Source: Bacteriovorax stolpii (GTDB taxonomy: Bacteria > Bdellovibrionota > UBA1018). From it: 64,000 nt of DNA. The stretch spans positions 959 to 64,958 of the forward strand of contig CAMAQA010000006.1 in assembly GCA_945860415.1 (NCBI GenBank), read 5' to 3'. The notes below the pieces were generated by a model. It was not told where the DNA came from and made no database searches. It saw only the letters and a program-made list of their open reading frames with translations. The stretch's first letter is position 1; every line of letters starts with the position of its first letter. Positions 50,575 to 59,684 of the stretch are shown here, in pieces. Made by a program: the position numbers and the translations under genes.

Positions 50575-51547
50575 GTCCTGGCCATTCCTGCTGGCGCTGA
50601 TTCCGCTCTTCCTGCTTTTCAGGATCTGGGTTGCCCGCAATTCGCCGCCGAGCCTGGCTTTTCCGATTCCCGTTGCTGCCAAGGCCGGCGCGCGTGATCC
50701 GGTGCCCTATTCCGTGCTGCTTCGGCTCCTCGGAGTGGCGCTTCTGCTTCTGGCGCTTGCCCGTCCCCAGGCCAGCTTCACTCGCACCGATCGGTCGGTG
50801 GGGGGCATCGACATCATGATGGTGATGGACGTCTCGGCGAGCATGAACATCGAGGACCTGGCTGATCGTCCGCGGCTTGATGTCGCGAAGGAGACGATGG
50901 AGGCGTTCATCAAGGGGCGTGAGAATGATCGAATCGGTTTTCTGATCTTCTCGGGAGAGCCGCTGACGCTTGCGCCGCCGACACTCGATTATGGGCTGGT
51001 GCTCAAGGCCCTTCGAGATGCCAAGATCGGCATCCTCAAGGACGGAACGGGCATTGGTGATGGACTCTCACTGGCCATCAACCGGCTCCGGAATTCGACT
51101 GCCAAAAGTCGTGTGATCATCCTGCTGACGGATGGTGACAACAACGTAGGACAGGTGGACCCCGGAACTGCAGGCGAGCTGGCGGCAGGTTATGGAATCC
51201 GCGTGTACACCATTGCCATCGGTCGCGAAGGCCGGGTTCGGCTTCCGATCCGCACCCAGGGAGTGTTTGGCAATCCAGTCACCACCTATCAGTACTTCGA
51301 TAACGCCTTGAACCCCGAGCTGCTGAAGAAGATCGCCGAGCTGACCCGGGGCAAGTTCTATCGAGTCACCGAAGAAAGCTCGCTCGGATCCGTGTTCAAG
51401 GAAATCGACGGCCTTGAAAAGACGGTGATCCAGTCCAAGAGCGAGGTGCGCCATGAAGAGCGCTTCTCGCTGCCGCTCATCCTGGGAATCGGAGTGCTCC
51501 TGGTGGAGCTCCTGCTCTCTCGCCTGCTCTGGAGGTTTGCCCTGTGA
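50564..51547 (+). CDS. batA: VWA-domain membrane protein BatA
   Basis: Two N-terminal TM helices, then a VWA MIDAS motif DIMMVMDVSASM ... ILLTDGDNN. Confidence 0.8.
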   Translation: MRFESWPFLLALIPLFLLFRIWVARNSPPSLAFPIPVAAKAGARDPVPYSVLLRLLGVALLLLALARPQASFTRTDRSVGGIDIMMVMDVSASMNIEDLADRPRLDVAKETMEAFIKGRENDRIGFLIFSGEPLTLAPPTLDYGLVLKALRDAKIGILKDGTGIGDGLSLAINRLRNSTAKSRVIILLTDGDNNVGQVDPGTAGELAAGYGIRVYTIAIGREGRVRLPIRTQGVFGNPVTTYQYFDNALNPELLKKIAELTRGKFYRVTEESSLGSVFKEIDGLEKTVIQSKSEVRHEERFSLPLILGIGVLLVELLLSRLLWRFAL

Positions 51548-53337
51548 CCTTCGGCGCGCCGAAAAATCTGCTGCTGCTTCTGCTTCCCGCGCTGCTCTTT
51601 CTGGTCCTGCGCTGGGACCTCGCGCGTCAGACCCTGCTATTTGGATCCTGGATCGCACCGAAGTTCTGGTCGAGGCTGGTTCCGGGCTGGCGCCCACGGG
51701 CCCGGCTCCACAAGGCGACTCTCTTTTGCCTCGGCCTCGCCTTCGTGGTTCTTGCCATGGCTCGACCTCAATGGGGCCATCGCGAGGAGACCGTGCGTGC
51801 GAGCGGAGTGGACGTCATGATCGTGCTCGACGTGTCGCGGAGCATGGATGTGGAAGACGTGGTTCCGTCACGGATGAAGAAGGCCCGACACTGGATTCGG
51901 AATTTCATCGACCAGATGGCCGGAAACCGAGTAGGGGTCGTGGCATTTGCGTCGAGCAGTTACGTCGCCTGTCCGCTGACGACGGATCTGGATTACGTCG
52001 TCGAAAGCGTCGACATTCTCGGGCCCTCGTCCGTCCTGAACCAGGGCACCGACATCGGTCTTGGGCTCACGACGGCACTTGCGGCGCTCGATCGAGGAGC
52101 GGAGTCTCCGGACTCCGAGGCCGAGCGCCAGGGTCTGGCTTCGAAGGCCGTCGTCCTCATCAGTGACGGCGAGGACCACGAGGCGGCTTTTGCGGAAGCG
52201 GCATCCCAGCTGGCAAAAAAGGGAGTGAAGCTCTTCGTCCTTGGAGTGGGTACCGAAAAGGGCGGGCCCATTCCGATTCGCGATGAGATGGGTAAGCTCG
52301 AGGGTTACAAACGTCAGGGCGCCGAGCCCGTGGTGAGTCGGTTCGATTCGACGAGCCTCGAGCGTATCGCGGCCGATGGCTCAGGAAAGTACTGGAACAT
52401 GAGCCAGTCGGAGTCCGAGGTTCGCGAAGTCCTGGGGGCGCTGGGCGCTTTGGACCGAAAGCAGTTCCAGGAACGCAAGACTCGTGTGCCGATCAGCCGC
52501 TATCAGTGGCCGCTGGCGATTGCAGTCGTGCTGTTCGTGCTCGAGCTGGCCCTGCCTCTGACCACGATCGCAGGCGCGAAGAGCTACTCCGCTCTCGTTT
52601 TTCTGCTGGTAGTGCTGCTTTCAGGGCGCGCCGATGCAGCGACACCGATTGAAAGCTACGTCAAGAACCGTGAAGGACTGAAGCTTTTCTCGAAGGAAGA
52701 GGTACAGGAAGCAGAGAAGAAGTTCGGAGAAGCGCAGTCCGCGGATCCATCGAGCGTGGAGCCGCAATTCAACCTCGGAGTCGTTCAGCTCAAGAAGGGC
52801 GACGGCCGGTCCGCGATCCACAGCTTTGAAAAGGCCGCCCGGGGAGCGGGAATGGAGGGTAATGCAGCACTTTCCGCGCGTTCGCTCTACAACCTGGGTT
52901 CTGCCTATGAGTTGGACAAGCAGGAGGGAAGTGCGCTCAGGAGCTTTGCCGCCGCAGTGAGGATGGCAGAGCTGGCCAAAGACGAGGCGCTGGCAACTGA
53001 GGCGAGAAAACGAATCCAGAAAATTCAGGAACAGCAACAGCAGCAACAGAAGCAGAAGGGCCAGCAGTCGCAAGATCAAAAGGGTGGCCAGAGCGGCGAG
53101 CAGCAACAGCAGTCTGAAGGCGGCTCCCAGGACAAGAACGAGCAGAAGCAGCCACAAAATGCCCGCCAGTATGAAGACCCCTCGGTGAGCCGCCGCCGGG
53201 AGTTCAAATCCGACAAGATGAGTCCGGAAGATTCCGAACGGGTCATGTCCGAGCTCTCTGCTCGCGAAAAGCAGCTTCAGGCCAAGCTCAAGAAACAGCG
53301 TGGAGCACGACAGGCGAACAATGATAAGGACTGGTGA
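51544..53337 (+). CDS. batB: VWA plus TPR protein (BatB/BatC fusion) with a Q/K/E-rich tail
   Basis: GTG start overlapping the batA stop (GTGA). MIDAS DVMIVLDVSRSM ... VLISDGEDH, C-terminal TPR repeats, and a poly-Q tract QEQQQQQQKQKGQQSQDQ. Confidence 0.8.
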   Translation: MTFGAPKNLLLLLLPALLFLVLRWDLARQTLLFGSWIAPKFWSRLVPGWRPRARLHKATLFCLGLAFVVLAMARPQWGHREETVRASGVDVMIVLDVSRSMDVEDVVPSRMKKARHWIRNFIDQMAGNRVGVVAFASSSYVACPLTTDLDYVVESVDILGPSSVLNQGTDIGLGLTTALAALDRGAESPDSEAERQGLASKAVVLISDGEDHEAAFAEAASQLAKKGVKLFVLGVGTEKGGPIPIRDEMGKLEGYKRQGAEPVVSRFDSTSLERIAADGSGKYWNMSQSESEVREVLGALGALDRKQFQERKTRVPISRYQWPLAIAVVLFVLELALPLTTIAGAKSYSALVFLLVVLLSGRADAATPIESYVKNREGLKLFSKEEVQEAEKKFGEAQSADPSSVEPQFNLGVVQLKKGDGRSAIHSFEKAARGAGMEGNAALSARSLYNLGSAYELDKQEGSALRSFAAAVRMAELAKDEALATEARKRIQKIQEQQQQQQKQKGQQSQDQKGGQSGEQQQQSEGGSQDKNEQKQPQNARQYEDPSVSRRREFKSDKMSPEDSERVMSELSAREKQLQAKLKKQRGARQANNDKDW

Positions 53338-53340
53338 CGC

Positions 53341-55269
53341 GTGAAGACTCTCCGGACGCTCCTGCATCAGTCGGTGTTCATCGCGGTTCTGGCTTCGGCA
53401 GCGATCGCCGGCGACCCGGTTTTTCAGGCTTCCGTGGATCGCGCCACGATCGGGCAGGACGAGTCCGTCGCATTGAAGTTCCGCATCGTGACCGATGGCA
53501 TGGGGGGATCCGAGGAGCCCGAGTTTCAGGCGCCCGACTTCGACCTCGTCAACCAGTACTCGAGCGTGTTCGTCGAGTCGTATTACGAGAACGGCAAGTT
53601 TGGAGCACGAAACAACAGGCAATTCACGAAAGTCCTTCGTCCAAACCGGACCGGCGAGCTGACGATTTCGGGCATCCAGCTCAAGGCCGGTGGCCGCACA
53701 TTCTCTCATCCGCCGATTCGCGTGGTTGTCTCCGCAGGAGGTCGAGGAACTCCGCCTCCGCAGGGTTACGGCGGCAGTGGCGTGGGTCTTCGCGGCGCGG
53801 GCAAGCGCCCGCGCGGAGCGACGATTCCCTTTTTCATTCGCGCCGAGGTGGACCATGCCCGAGTGGTCAAGGGCCAGCAGATTGTCGTCAGCTACTTCCT
53901 TTACCAGCGGGTACGCGCCCACAACATCCAGGTCGACAAGTATCCGGTGCTCGATGGATTCCTTCGCGAAGATCTTGAACTTCCGATCCTCGGTCAGCGA
54001 TTGACTGATCGAGAATCGGTGGTCCTGGACGGAGTGGCGTATGAGCGCGTGCTCCTCGCGCGCTATGCCGCCTATCCACTGAAGGAGGGCAGGCTGTCCA
54101 TCGACTCGATGGCGATCAAGGGCAATTATTTTGCACCGCCCGGCGGAATTGCGGACTCTCAGGATCCGATCGAAGATGCACTGCAGAACTTCATGCAGCA
54201 GTTACAGCCGCGCGTGTGGAGCCATCGCTCCGATCCGGTGCCTGTTGAGGTACAGCCCCTGCCGCTCGATGGTCGTCCGGCAGCCTTTGCAGGTGGGGTT
54301 GGTGACTTCGAAATCACATCCACGGTCGACAAGACCACGGTCCGGGTGAATGAACCGGTCACGCTGGTACTCAAGATCGAAGGACGCGGCAACACGGCTG
54401 CCATCGGGCAACCGCCGGTGAAGTGGCCTGCTGATCTGGAGGTATACGAGACGAAGTCCAGGGTGGCCGGCTCTCCAGGCGGAGTTTCGGCAAAGATCTT
54501 CGAGATCCTGCTGATCCCGAGACGGGGGGGCAGCTTCACGCTTCCGGAGCAGGAACTCGCCTACTACTCGCCGCAGGAGGGCGCCTACCGCACGAAAAAG
54601 GCTCCCGCGCTCGACATTGTCGTGGAGGGACAGGGGGACGGTTTTGTTCCAAAGTCGAGTTCCGCCACGTCGTCGACGACATCATCCATCACGCCGGGCG
54701 GTGATGGTCTCCTCCTTCCGGAACAATGGACGGGTCGGCGTTCAATGTCATCTCCTCTCGCACAGTGGATCGTCCAGGCGCTGGTTCTTCTCAGTGGCCT
54801 CCTTCTCGCTGGAGTCGGAGCGCACAAGATCTGGCGTCGTCGACACCTGCTCGGTTCGGTTCGCTCGGCGCTGACCCGCCAACGACGCGGATCGGCGAGC
54901 ACGCCCTGGACAGCCTTGCGGAGCCAGTGTGCGCGGGCCGATCGGTTTTCCGCAGGCGAGCTCGTGGCTTTTTACCAGTCGATCGCGCAGGGATTGTATT
55001 CTGAGCTGGAATCACGCCTGTCTCTGCCGGCACGGGCATGGTCTCGTGCTGAGATTCGACGCCAGATCGAAGAGGCATCGCATGACGGCAGTTGGATGCC
55101 CGATTCGGTGCTTTGGCAGAGGATTGAGAACATCCTCGAATATTCCGAAGCACTTCAGTTCTCAGGCGCGCTCCAGGAGCAGGAGGCGCGCAGCCGGATG
55201 GAGACCACCTTGAATGAAGTGGAGCGGATCCTGGCCTTGCTTCAGAAGGAACCGGAAGGAGGGTCATGA
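53341..55269 (+). CDS. batD: BatD-like (oxygen-tolerance) protein
   Basis: Signal peptide, large periplasmic domain, C-terminal TM helix (LVLLSGLLLAGVGAHKIW) and cytoplasmic tail; 642 aa. GTG start. Confidence 0.65.
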   Translation: MKTLRTLLHQSVFIAVLASAAIAGDPVFQASVDRATIGQDESVALKFRIVTDGMGGSEEPEFQAPDFDLVNQYSSVFVESYYENGKFGARNNRQFTKVLRPNRTGELTISGIQLKAGGRTFSHPPIRVVVSAGGRGTPPPQGYGGSGVGLRGAGKRPRGATIPFFIRAEVDHARVVKGQQIVVSYFLYQRVRAHNIQVDKYPVLDGFLREDLELPILGQRLTDRESVVLDGVAYERVLLARYAAYPLKEGRLSIDSMAIKGNYFAPPGGIADSQDPIEDALQNFMQQLQPRVWSHRSDPVPVEVQPLPLDGRPAAFAGGVGDFEITSTVDKTTVRVNEPVTLVLKIEGRGNTAAIGQPPVKWPADLEVYETKSRVAGSPGGVSAKIFEILLIPRRGGSFTLPEQELAYYSPQEGAYRTKKAPALDIVVEGQGDGFVPKSSSATSSTTSSITPGGDGLLLPEQWTGRRSMSSPLAQWIVQALVLLSGLLLAGVGAHKIWRRRHLLGSVRSALTRQRRGSASTPWTALRSQCARADRFSAGELVAFYQSIAQGLYSELESRLSLPARAWSRAEIRRQIEEASHDGSWMPDSVLWQRIENILEYSEALQFSGALQEQEARSRMETTLNEVERILALLQKEPEGGS

Positions 55270-56561
55270 AAACCGGAAGCAGGATTGCCGTTGTCGGAAG
55301 TGGAATTGCCGGGATGTCGTGCGCCTATTTTCTGGGCCGCTCACATGAGGTCACGCTGTTCGAGAAGGACTCGAGAATCGGCGGGCACTCCAACACGATC
55401 ACGGTGAATGCTCCGCGCGGCCAGGCGATCTTCGATACGGGCTTCATGGTCTACAACGAGGTGACTTACCCTTGCCTGACTCGCTTGTTTGGTGAGCTCG
55501 AGGTTGCCACCCAGCCGACCGACATGTCCTTCAGCGTCCAGTATCGTCCTGCCCGACTCGAGTACTGCGGGTCAGGGTGGAACGAGCTCTTTGCCCAGAG
55601 GCGGAACCTCTTCAGCCCGCGCCATTGGCGAATGCTGCTGGCGATCGATCGATTCAACACCGAAGCGGTGAGGCACCTGCGCGATGCTGCGCTCGAGCGT
55701 CGAATCGAGGCGATGACTGTTCGCGAGTTCGTGGATCATCATCGGCTCGGCGAGGATTTTCTTGATCGCTTCCTGGTGCCGATGAGCTCGGCCGTGTGGA
55801 GCACTCCCCGCGACCGGATGCTGGAGTTTCCGGCCCTGACCTTGATCCGGTTCTTTCATAACCATGGTTTTCTGGGTCTGCACACGCAGCACCCCTGGCG
55901 AACGGTGACGGGCGGATCCCGCTCCTATGTGAGCAGGATCACCGCCGGGTTCGCCGACCGTATTCGGAGCGGAGACGCCGTGCTCAGGGTCGCGCGCTCG
56001 GATGAAGGAGTCACCCTTCGCACCGCCTCAGGCACTGAGTCGCGATTTGATGCGGTCGTGCTGGCCTGCCATGCTGACCAGTCTCTTTCACTTCTGGATT
56101 CGCCGACAGCCCGAGAGTCAGCACTTCTCGGCACTTTTCGGTACCAGCCCAATCCGACGGTCGTCCACACCGATACCTCGGTGCTTCCGCGAAGTCGCCG
56201 TGCCTGGTCCTCATGGAATTATCGCGTCGAGAAGGATGGGGCAGCATCGACGCATTACTGGATGAATCGGCTCCAGTCGCTGCCCGGCGAAGAGCAGGGA
56301 AGACACGAGTTCATCGTGAGCCTGAATGATCCCGGAAAAATCGATGAATCGAAGGTGCTTCAGCGCATTGGTTATGACCATCCGCTATTCAGCCTGGATG
56401 CAGTCCGCGCGCAGTCGGAGCTGCCTGGACTGAACCGCGAAGGGGCGAGCACTCGAACGTACTTTTGCGGCAGCTATTTTCGATACGGTTTCCACGAGGA
56501 TGCCCTGATGTCTTCCGTCGGGCTGTGCCGGCAGCTGCTGGGAGCGGACTTTTGGAACTGA
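55266..56561 (+). CDS. FAD/NAD(P)-binding oxidoreductase (amine-oxidase-like) of the DUF1365/CFA-synthase cassette
   Basis: Dinucleotide-binding IAVVGSGIAGMSCAYFL...LFEKDSRIGGH. GGAGG RBS. Its ATG overlaps the batD stop (ATGA). Confidence 0.8.
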   Translation: MKTGSRIAVVGSGIAGMSCAYFLGRSHEVTLFEKDSRIGGHSNTITVNAPRGQAIFDTGFMVYNEVTYPCLTRLFGELEVATQPTDMSFSVQYRPARLEYCGSGWNELFAQRRNLFSPRHWRMLLAIDRFNTEAVRHLRDAALERRIEAMTVREFVDHHRLGEDFLDRFLVPMSSAVWSTPRDRMLEFPALTLIRFFHNHGFLGLHTQHPWRTVTGGSRSYVSRITAGFADRIRSGDAVLRVARSDEGVTLRTASGTESRFDAVVLACHADQSLSLLDSPTARESALLGTFRYQPNPTVVHTDTSVLPRSRRAWSSWNYRVEKDGAASTHYWMNRLQSLPGEEQGRHEFIVSLNDPGKIDESKVLQRIGYDHPLFSLDAVRAQSELPGLNREGASTRTYFCGSYFRYGFHEDALMSSVGLCRQLLGADFWN

Positions 56562-57343
56562 AGCAGTCATCACTCTATGACTGCAGCATCCTGCATGTGC
56601 GGCTCTGGCCGAGACGCCACCGCCTGAAGTACCGATTCTTCTGGTTCGCGCTCGATCTCGACGAGGCCGCCAGTCTACCTCGAGCCGGAATTCTCGGAAC
56701 GGGACGATGGAGTCTTTATCGTTTCCTCGAGTCCGACCACCTGGACCTGCGAGGCAGGGCAATTCTCCCGGGAAGCCTCAAGCGCGAACTTCTGGCCCTC
56801 GTTCGGAATTCCGCAGTGGAGTGGGATGGATCTCGGGCGATCCTGCTCACTCAGGCCCGATTTCTTGGCTACGTTTTCAATCCGGTATCGTTCTATTTCA
56901 TGTGGAACTCTGATGGCACACGCGCCGCGGTGGTCGCAGAGGTCGGAAATACATTTGGAGAATTGAAACCCTACGTCCTGGGACCAGTGACCGACAACGG
57001 CGGAGACTGGTGCCTGCGGGTACCCAAGCACTTTTATGTCTCGCCCTTCACCGACCTCGAGACGGAATTTGAGTTTCGAGTCGAATGGCCGGCGGATCGA
57101 CTCCTGATCGATGTTGATGATTTCAAGGCAGGCGAAAAGATCCTGGTTTCTCGGATGGAGGGATCGCGAACCGCCTGTGCGACTGGTTCCTTGCTCTGGA
57201 GGACGCTTCGGTTTCCATTCGTCACCCTGCAGATCATTTTCCTCATCCATTGGCATGCGCTCTTGCTCTTTCTCAAGCGGGTGCCGTACTTTGCCAAAAA
57301 TGACAGGAAAGACCTTCAACGCGGGGTGATGAGGCCCCACTGA
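56552..57343 (+). CDS. DUF1365 family protein
   Basis: SSLYDCSILHVRLWPRRHRLKYRFFWFALDLDE matches the DUF1365 N-terminal pattern. No ATG is available, so the start is a TTG at 56552 or a GTG at 56525; either overlaps the upstream gene. Confidence 0.65.
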   Translation: MELKQSSLYDCSILHVRLWPRRHRLKYRFFWFALDLDEAASLPRAGILGTGRWSLYRFLESDHLDLRGRAILPGSLKRELLALVRNSAVEWDGSRAILLTQARFLGYVFNPVSFYFMWNSDGTRAAVVAEVGNTFGELKPYVLGPVTDNGGDWCLRVPKHFYVSPFTDLETEFEFRVEWPADRLLIDVDDFKAGEKILVSRMEGSRTACATGSLLWRTLRFPFVTLQIIFLIHWHALLLFLKRVPYFAKNDRKDLQRGVMRPH

Positions 57344-57344
57344 C

Positions 57345-58625
57345 ATGGCTCTTCAAAAGGCTCAAGTCCGCGCCGTGCAACCCAAGGCAACGATCTATCA
57401 AAGGCTGCTCATTCATGCGCTGACAGGAATGCGCCGGGGTCGCCTCTCGATCGAGCTTCCGGACGGCGGCAATCTGGTCATCGGAGCAGGCGAGCCGGGA
57501 GGTGTCGATGCCTCAATGAAGGTCGTGGATGGGAATTTTTTTCGACGGTGCGTGCTTTTCGGCGACATCGGTTTCGGTGAAGCCTTCACCGAGAACGAGT
57601 GGATCTCTGAATATCCATCGCAGGTGGTGGAGTTCTTCATCGCCAATGTCGAGGATGCCCCCGGCCTTTCTGGCAGTCGCCGCAAGTGGGCGCCAACGAA
57701 TTTGATGGGCTGGGTCAATCGTTTTCGGCATCTCGCACGCCCCAATCACCTGTCCGGGTCGCGGCAGAATATCCGCGAGCATTACGATTTTTCGAACGAT
57801 TTCTTCAAGCTCTGGCTCGATCCGACGATGACGTACTCCTCGGCTTATTTCAGCTCTCCGGAGGTCTCGCTCGAGGACGCACAGCTGGCGAAGATCGACC
57901 GCCTCCTCGAGCGGCTCGAAGTCCGTCCGGGCCTCCATATTCTGGAGATCGGATCCGGCTGGGGCGCCTGCAGCATGCGTGCTGCAGAGAAGTACGGATG
58001 CAAGGTCACCACTCTCACGCTTTCAGAAGAGCAGCGCGCAGAGGCCATGAAGCGGATTGCCGAGCGCGGGCTGTCTGATCTCGTCGAGGTCCGCCTCGAG
58101 GACTATCGAAAGACCGAAGGACGCTTTGATCGAATCGTCTCGATCGAGATGATCGAGGCGGTCGGCCATGAGTTTTTCGAAGACTATTTCTTCCAGTGCC
58201 ATCGCCTCCTCAAGCCGGACGGTCTTCTTGGAATCCAGGGCATCCTGTGCCCGGATGCGCGGTACGAGGAGTTCCGGAAACGGGTGGACTGGATCCAGAA
58301 GCATATTTTTCCAGGAAGCCTGCTTCCTTCCTTCGGAAGGATCCAGGAGGCGTTGCGCAAGACCGGAGACCTGGGGCTCCATTCGTTCGAGGACATGGGG
58401 CTTCACTATGTCGAGACGCTCGAACGCTGGAATCGTTCTCTGCTATCTAAGCAGGCGGAGATCCGTGCGTTGGGATATGATGATCGGGAGATCCGCCGCT
58501 GGAGCTACTACTTCAACTACTGTGCGGCAGCCTTTGCGATGAGGAACATCACCGTGGCGCAGATGGTCTTTACTCGTCCCAACAATCGCAATCTTTGCCG
58601 TCTTTCGAGGGCGGGCCAGGCATGA
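57345..58625 (+). CDS. Cyclopropane-fatty-acyl-phospholipid synthase-family SAM methyltransferase (paralog 1)
   Basis: HYDFSNDFFKLWLDPTMTYSSAYF...LEIGSGWGACSMRAAEKYGCKVTTLTLSEEQ...RLEDYR matches the CMAS/PF02353 pattern. Confidence 0.85.
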   Translation: MALQKAQVRAVQPKATIYQRLLIHALTGMRRGRLSIELPDGGNLVIGAGEPGGVDASMKVVDGNFFRRCVLFGDIGFGEAFTENEWISEYPSQVVEFFIANVEDAPGLSGSRRKWAPTNLMGWVNRFRHLARPNHLSGSRQNIREHYDFSNDFFKLWLDPTMTYSSAYFSSPEVSLEDAQLAKIDRLLERLEVRPGLHILEIGSGWGACSMRAAEKYGCKVTTLTLSEEQRAEAMKRIAERGLSDLVEVRLEDYRKTEGRFDRIVSIEMIEAVGHEFFEDYFFQCHRLLKPDGLLGIQGILCPDARYEEFRKRVDWIQKHIFPGSLLPSFGRIQEALRKTGDLGLHSFEDMGLHYVETLERWNRSLLSKQAEIRALGYDDREIRRWSYYFNYCAAAFAMRNITVAQMVFTRPNNRNLCRLSRAGQA

Positions 58626-59656
58626 GCTGGGTGGATGCTGCTCTCGAGAAGGATCTTCTTCCGGACTGGATGATCCGGCTCGGCATTCGCAGGCTATTGC
58701 GAGAGCGCCTTGTCGAGATCGATTCGGGAGAGGCCGAGAGGAATCGCCAGCGTTACAGCGAGTACGTTCGGATGCTCAAGAGCAGTCCTCTGGCAGTCCA
58801 CACGCGCGCGGCCAATGAGCAGCACTATGAGGTTCCGACCGAATTCTTCAGGTACTGTCTCGGGCCGCGAATGAAATACAGCTGCGCTCTCTATGACACA
58901 GGCAGCGAGACGCTGGCGGAAGCCGAAGAAAAGATGCTCGCCCTCACCTGTGAGCGCGCCCGTCTGAAGGATGGCCAGGACGTCCTGGAGCTGGGATGCG
59001 GCTGGGGCTCGCTGACTCTCTGGATGGCGGAAAAGTATCCGAACTCGCGGATCACCGCCGTTTCGAACTCGCGAACCCAGAAGCAGTGGATTGATTCGCA
59101 GCTTGAAAAACGCGGATGGAAGCATGTCCGGATCATCACCCGCGACATGAATGATTTCGAGGCCGATGCGTCGGCCTACGACCGTGTGGTGTCGGTCGAG
59201 ATGTTTGAGCACATGCGGAACTACGAGCTGCTGCTTGAAAAGATCTCTCGCTGGCTGCGTCCCGGAGGGCATCTTTTCGTGCACATCTTCGTCCATGCGC
59301 GATTTCCGTACCTGTTCGAGGCGAAGAGCGATTCTGATTGGATGTCGCGGTACTTTTTCACCGGGGGCCAGATGCCTTCCGATGATCTTTTGGGTCAGTT
59401 TCAGTCGCATCTCCGACTGACGGAGCAGTGGCGTGTCAATGGTCGCCACTACGAGCTCACGGCGGAGGACTGGCTTCGGAATATGGACAAAAACAGTCAG
59501 GAGATCGAGCCTCTTCTGGCCTCGGCCTACGGGTCTGGCCAAATGCGCAAGTGGCGCGTCTACTGGCGGGTGTTCTACATGGCCTGCGCCGAGCTCTGGG
59601 GTTTTGCAAAAGGCCAGGAGTGGTTCGTTTCGCACTACCTTTTTACGAAGCCTTAG
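58622..59656 (+). CDS. Cyclopropane-fatty-acyl-phospholipid synthase-family SAM methyltransferase (paralog 2)
   Basis: HYEVPTEFFRYCLGPRMKYSCALY...LELGCGWGSLTLWMAEKYPNSRITAVSNSRTQ... Its ATG overlaps the stop of paralog 1 (ATGA). Confidence 0.85.
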   Translation: MSWVDAALEKDLLPDWMIRLGIRRLLRERLVEIDSGEAERNRQRYSEYVRMLKSSPLAVHTRAANEQHYEVPTEFFRYCLGPRMKYSCALYDTGSETLAEAEEKMLALTCERARLKDGQDVLELGCGWGSLTLWMAEKYPNSRITAVSNSRTQKQWIDSQLEKRGWKHVRIITRDMNDFEADASAYDRVVSVEMFEHMRNYELLLEKISRWLRPGGHLFVHIFVHARFPYLFEAKSDSDWMSRYFFTGGQMPSDDLLGQFQSHLRLTEQWRVNGRHYELTAEDWLRNMDKNSQEIEPLLASAYGSGQMRKWRVYWRVFYMACAELWGFAKGQEWFVSHYLFTKP

Positions 59657-59684
59657 CTAATGTGTTCGCCAAAGGGGTGAGTGC

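Noticed and set aside
52621-53922. 433-aa minus-strand ORF across the batB/batD junction
   Set aside because: It is antisense to VWA/TPR and BatD sequence. Its leucine-rich segments are just the complement of the CAG/CAA tract.
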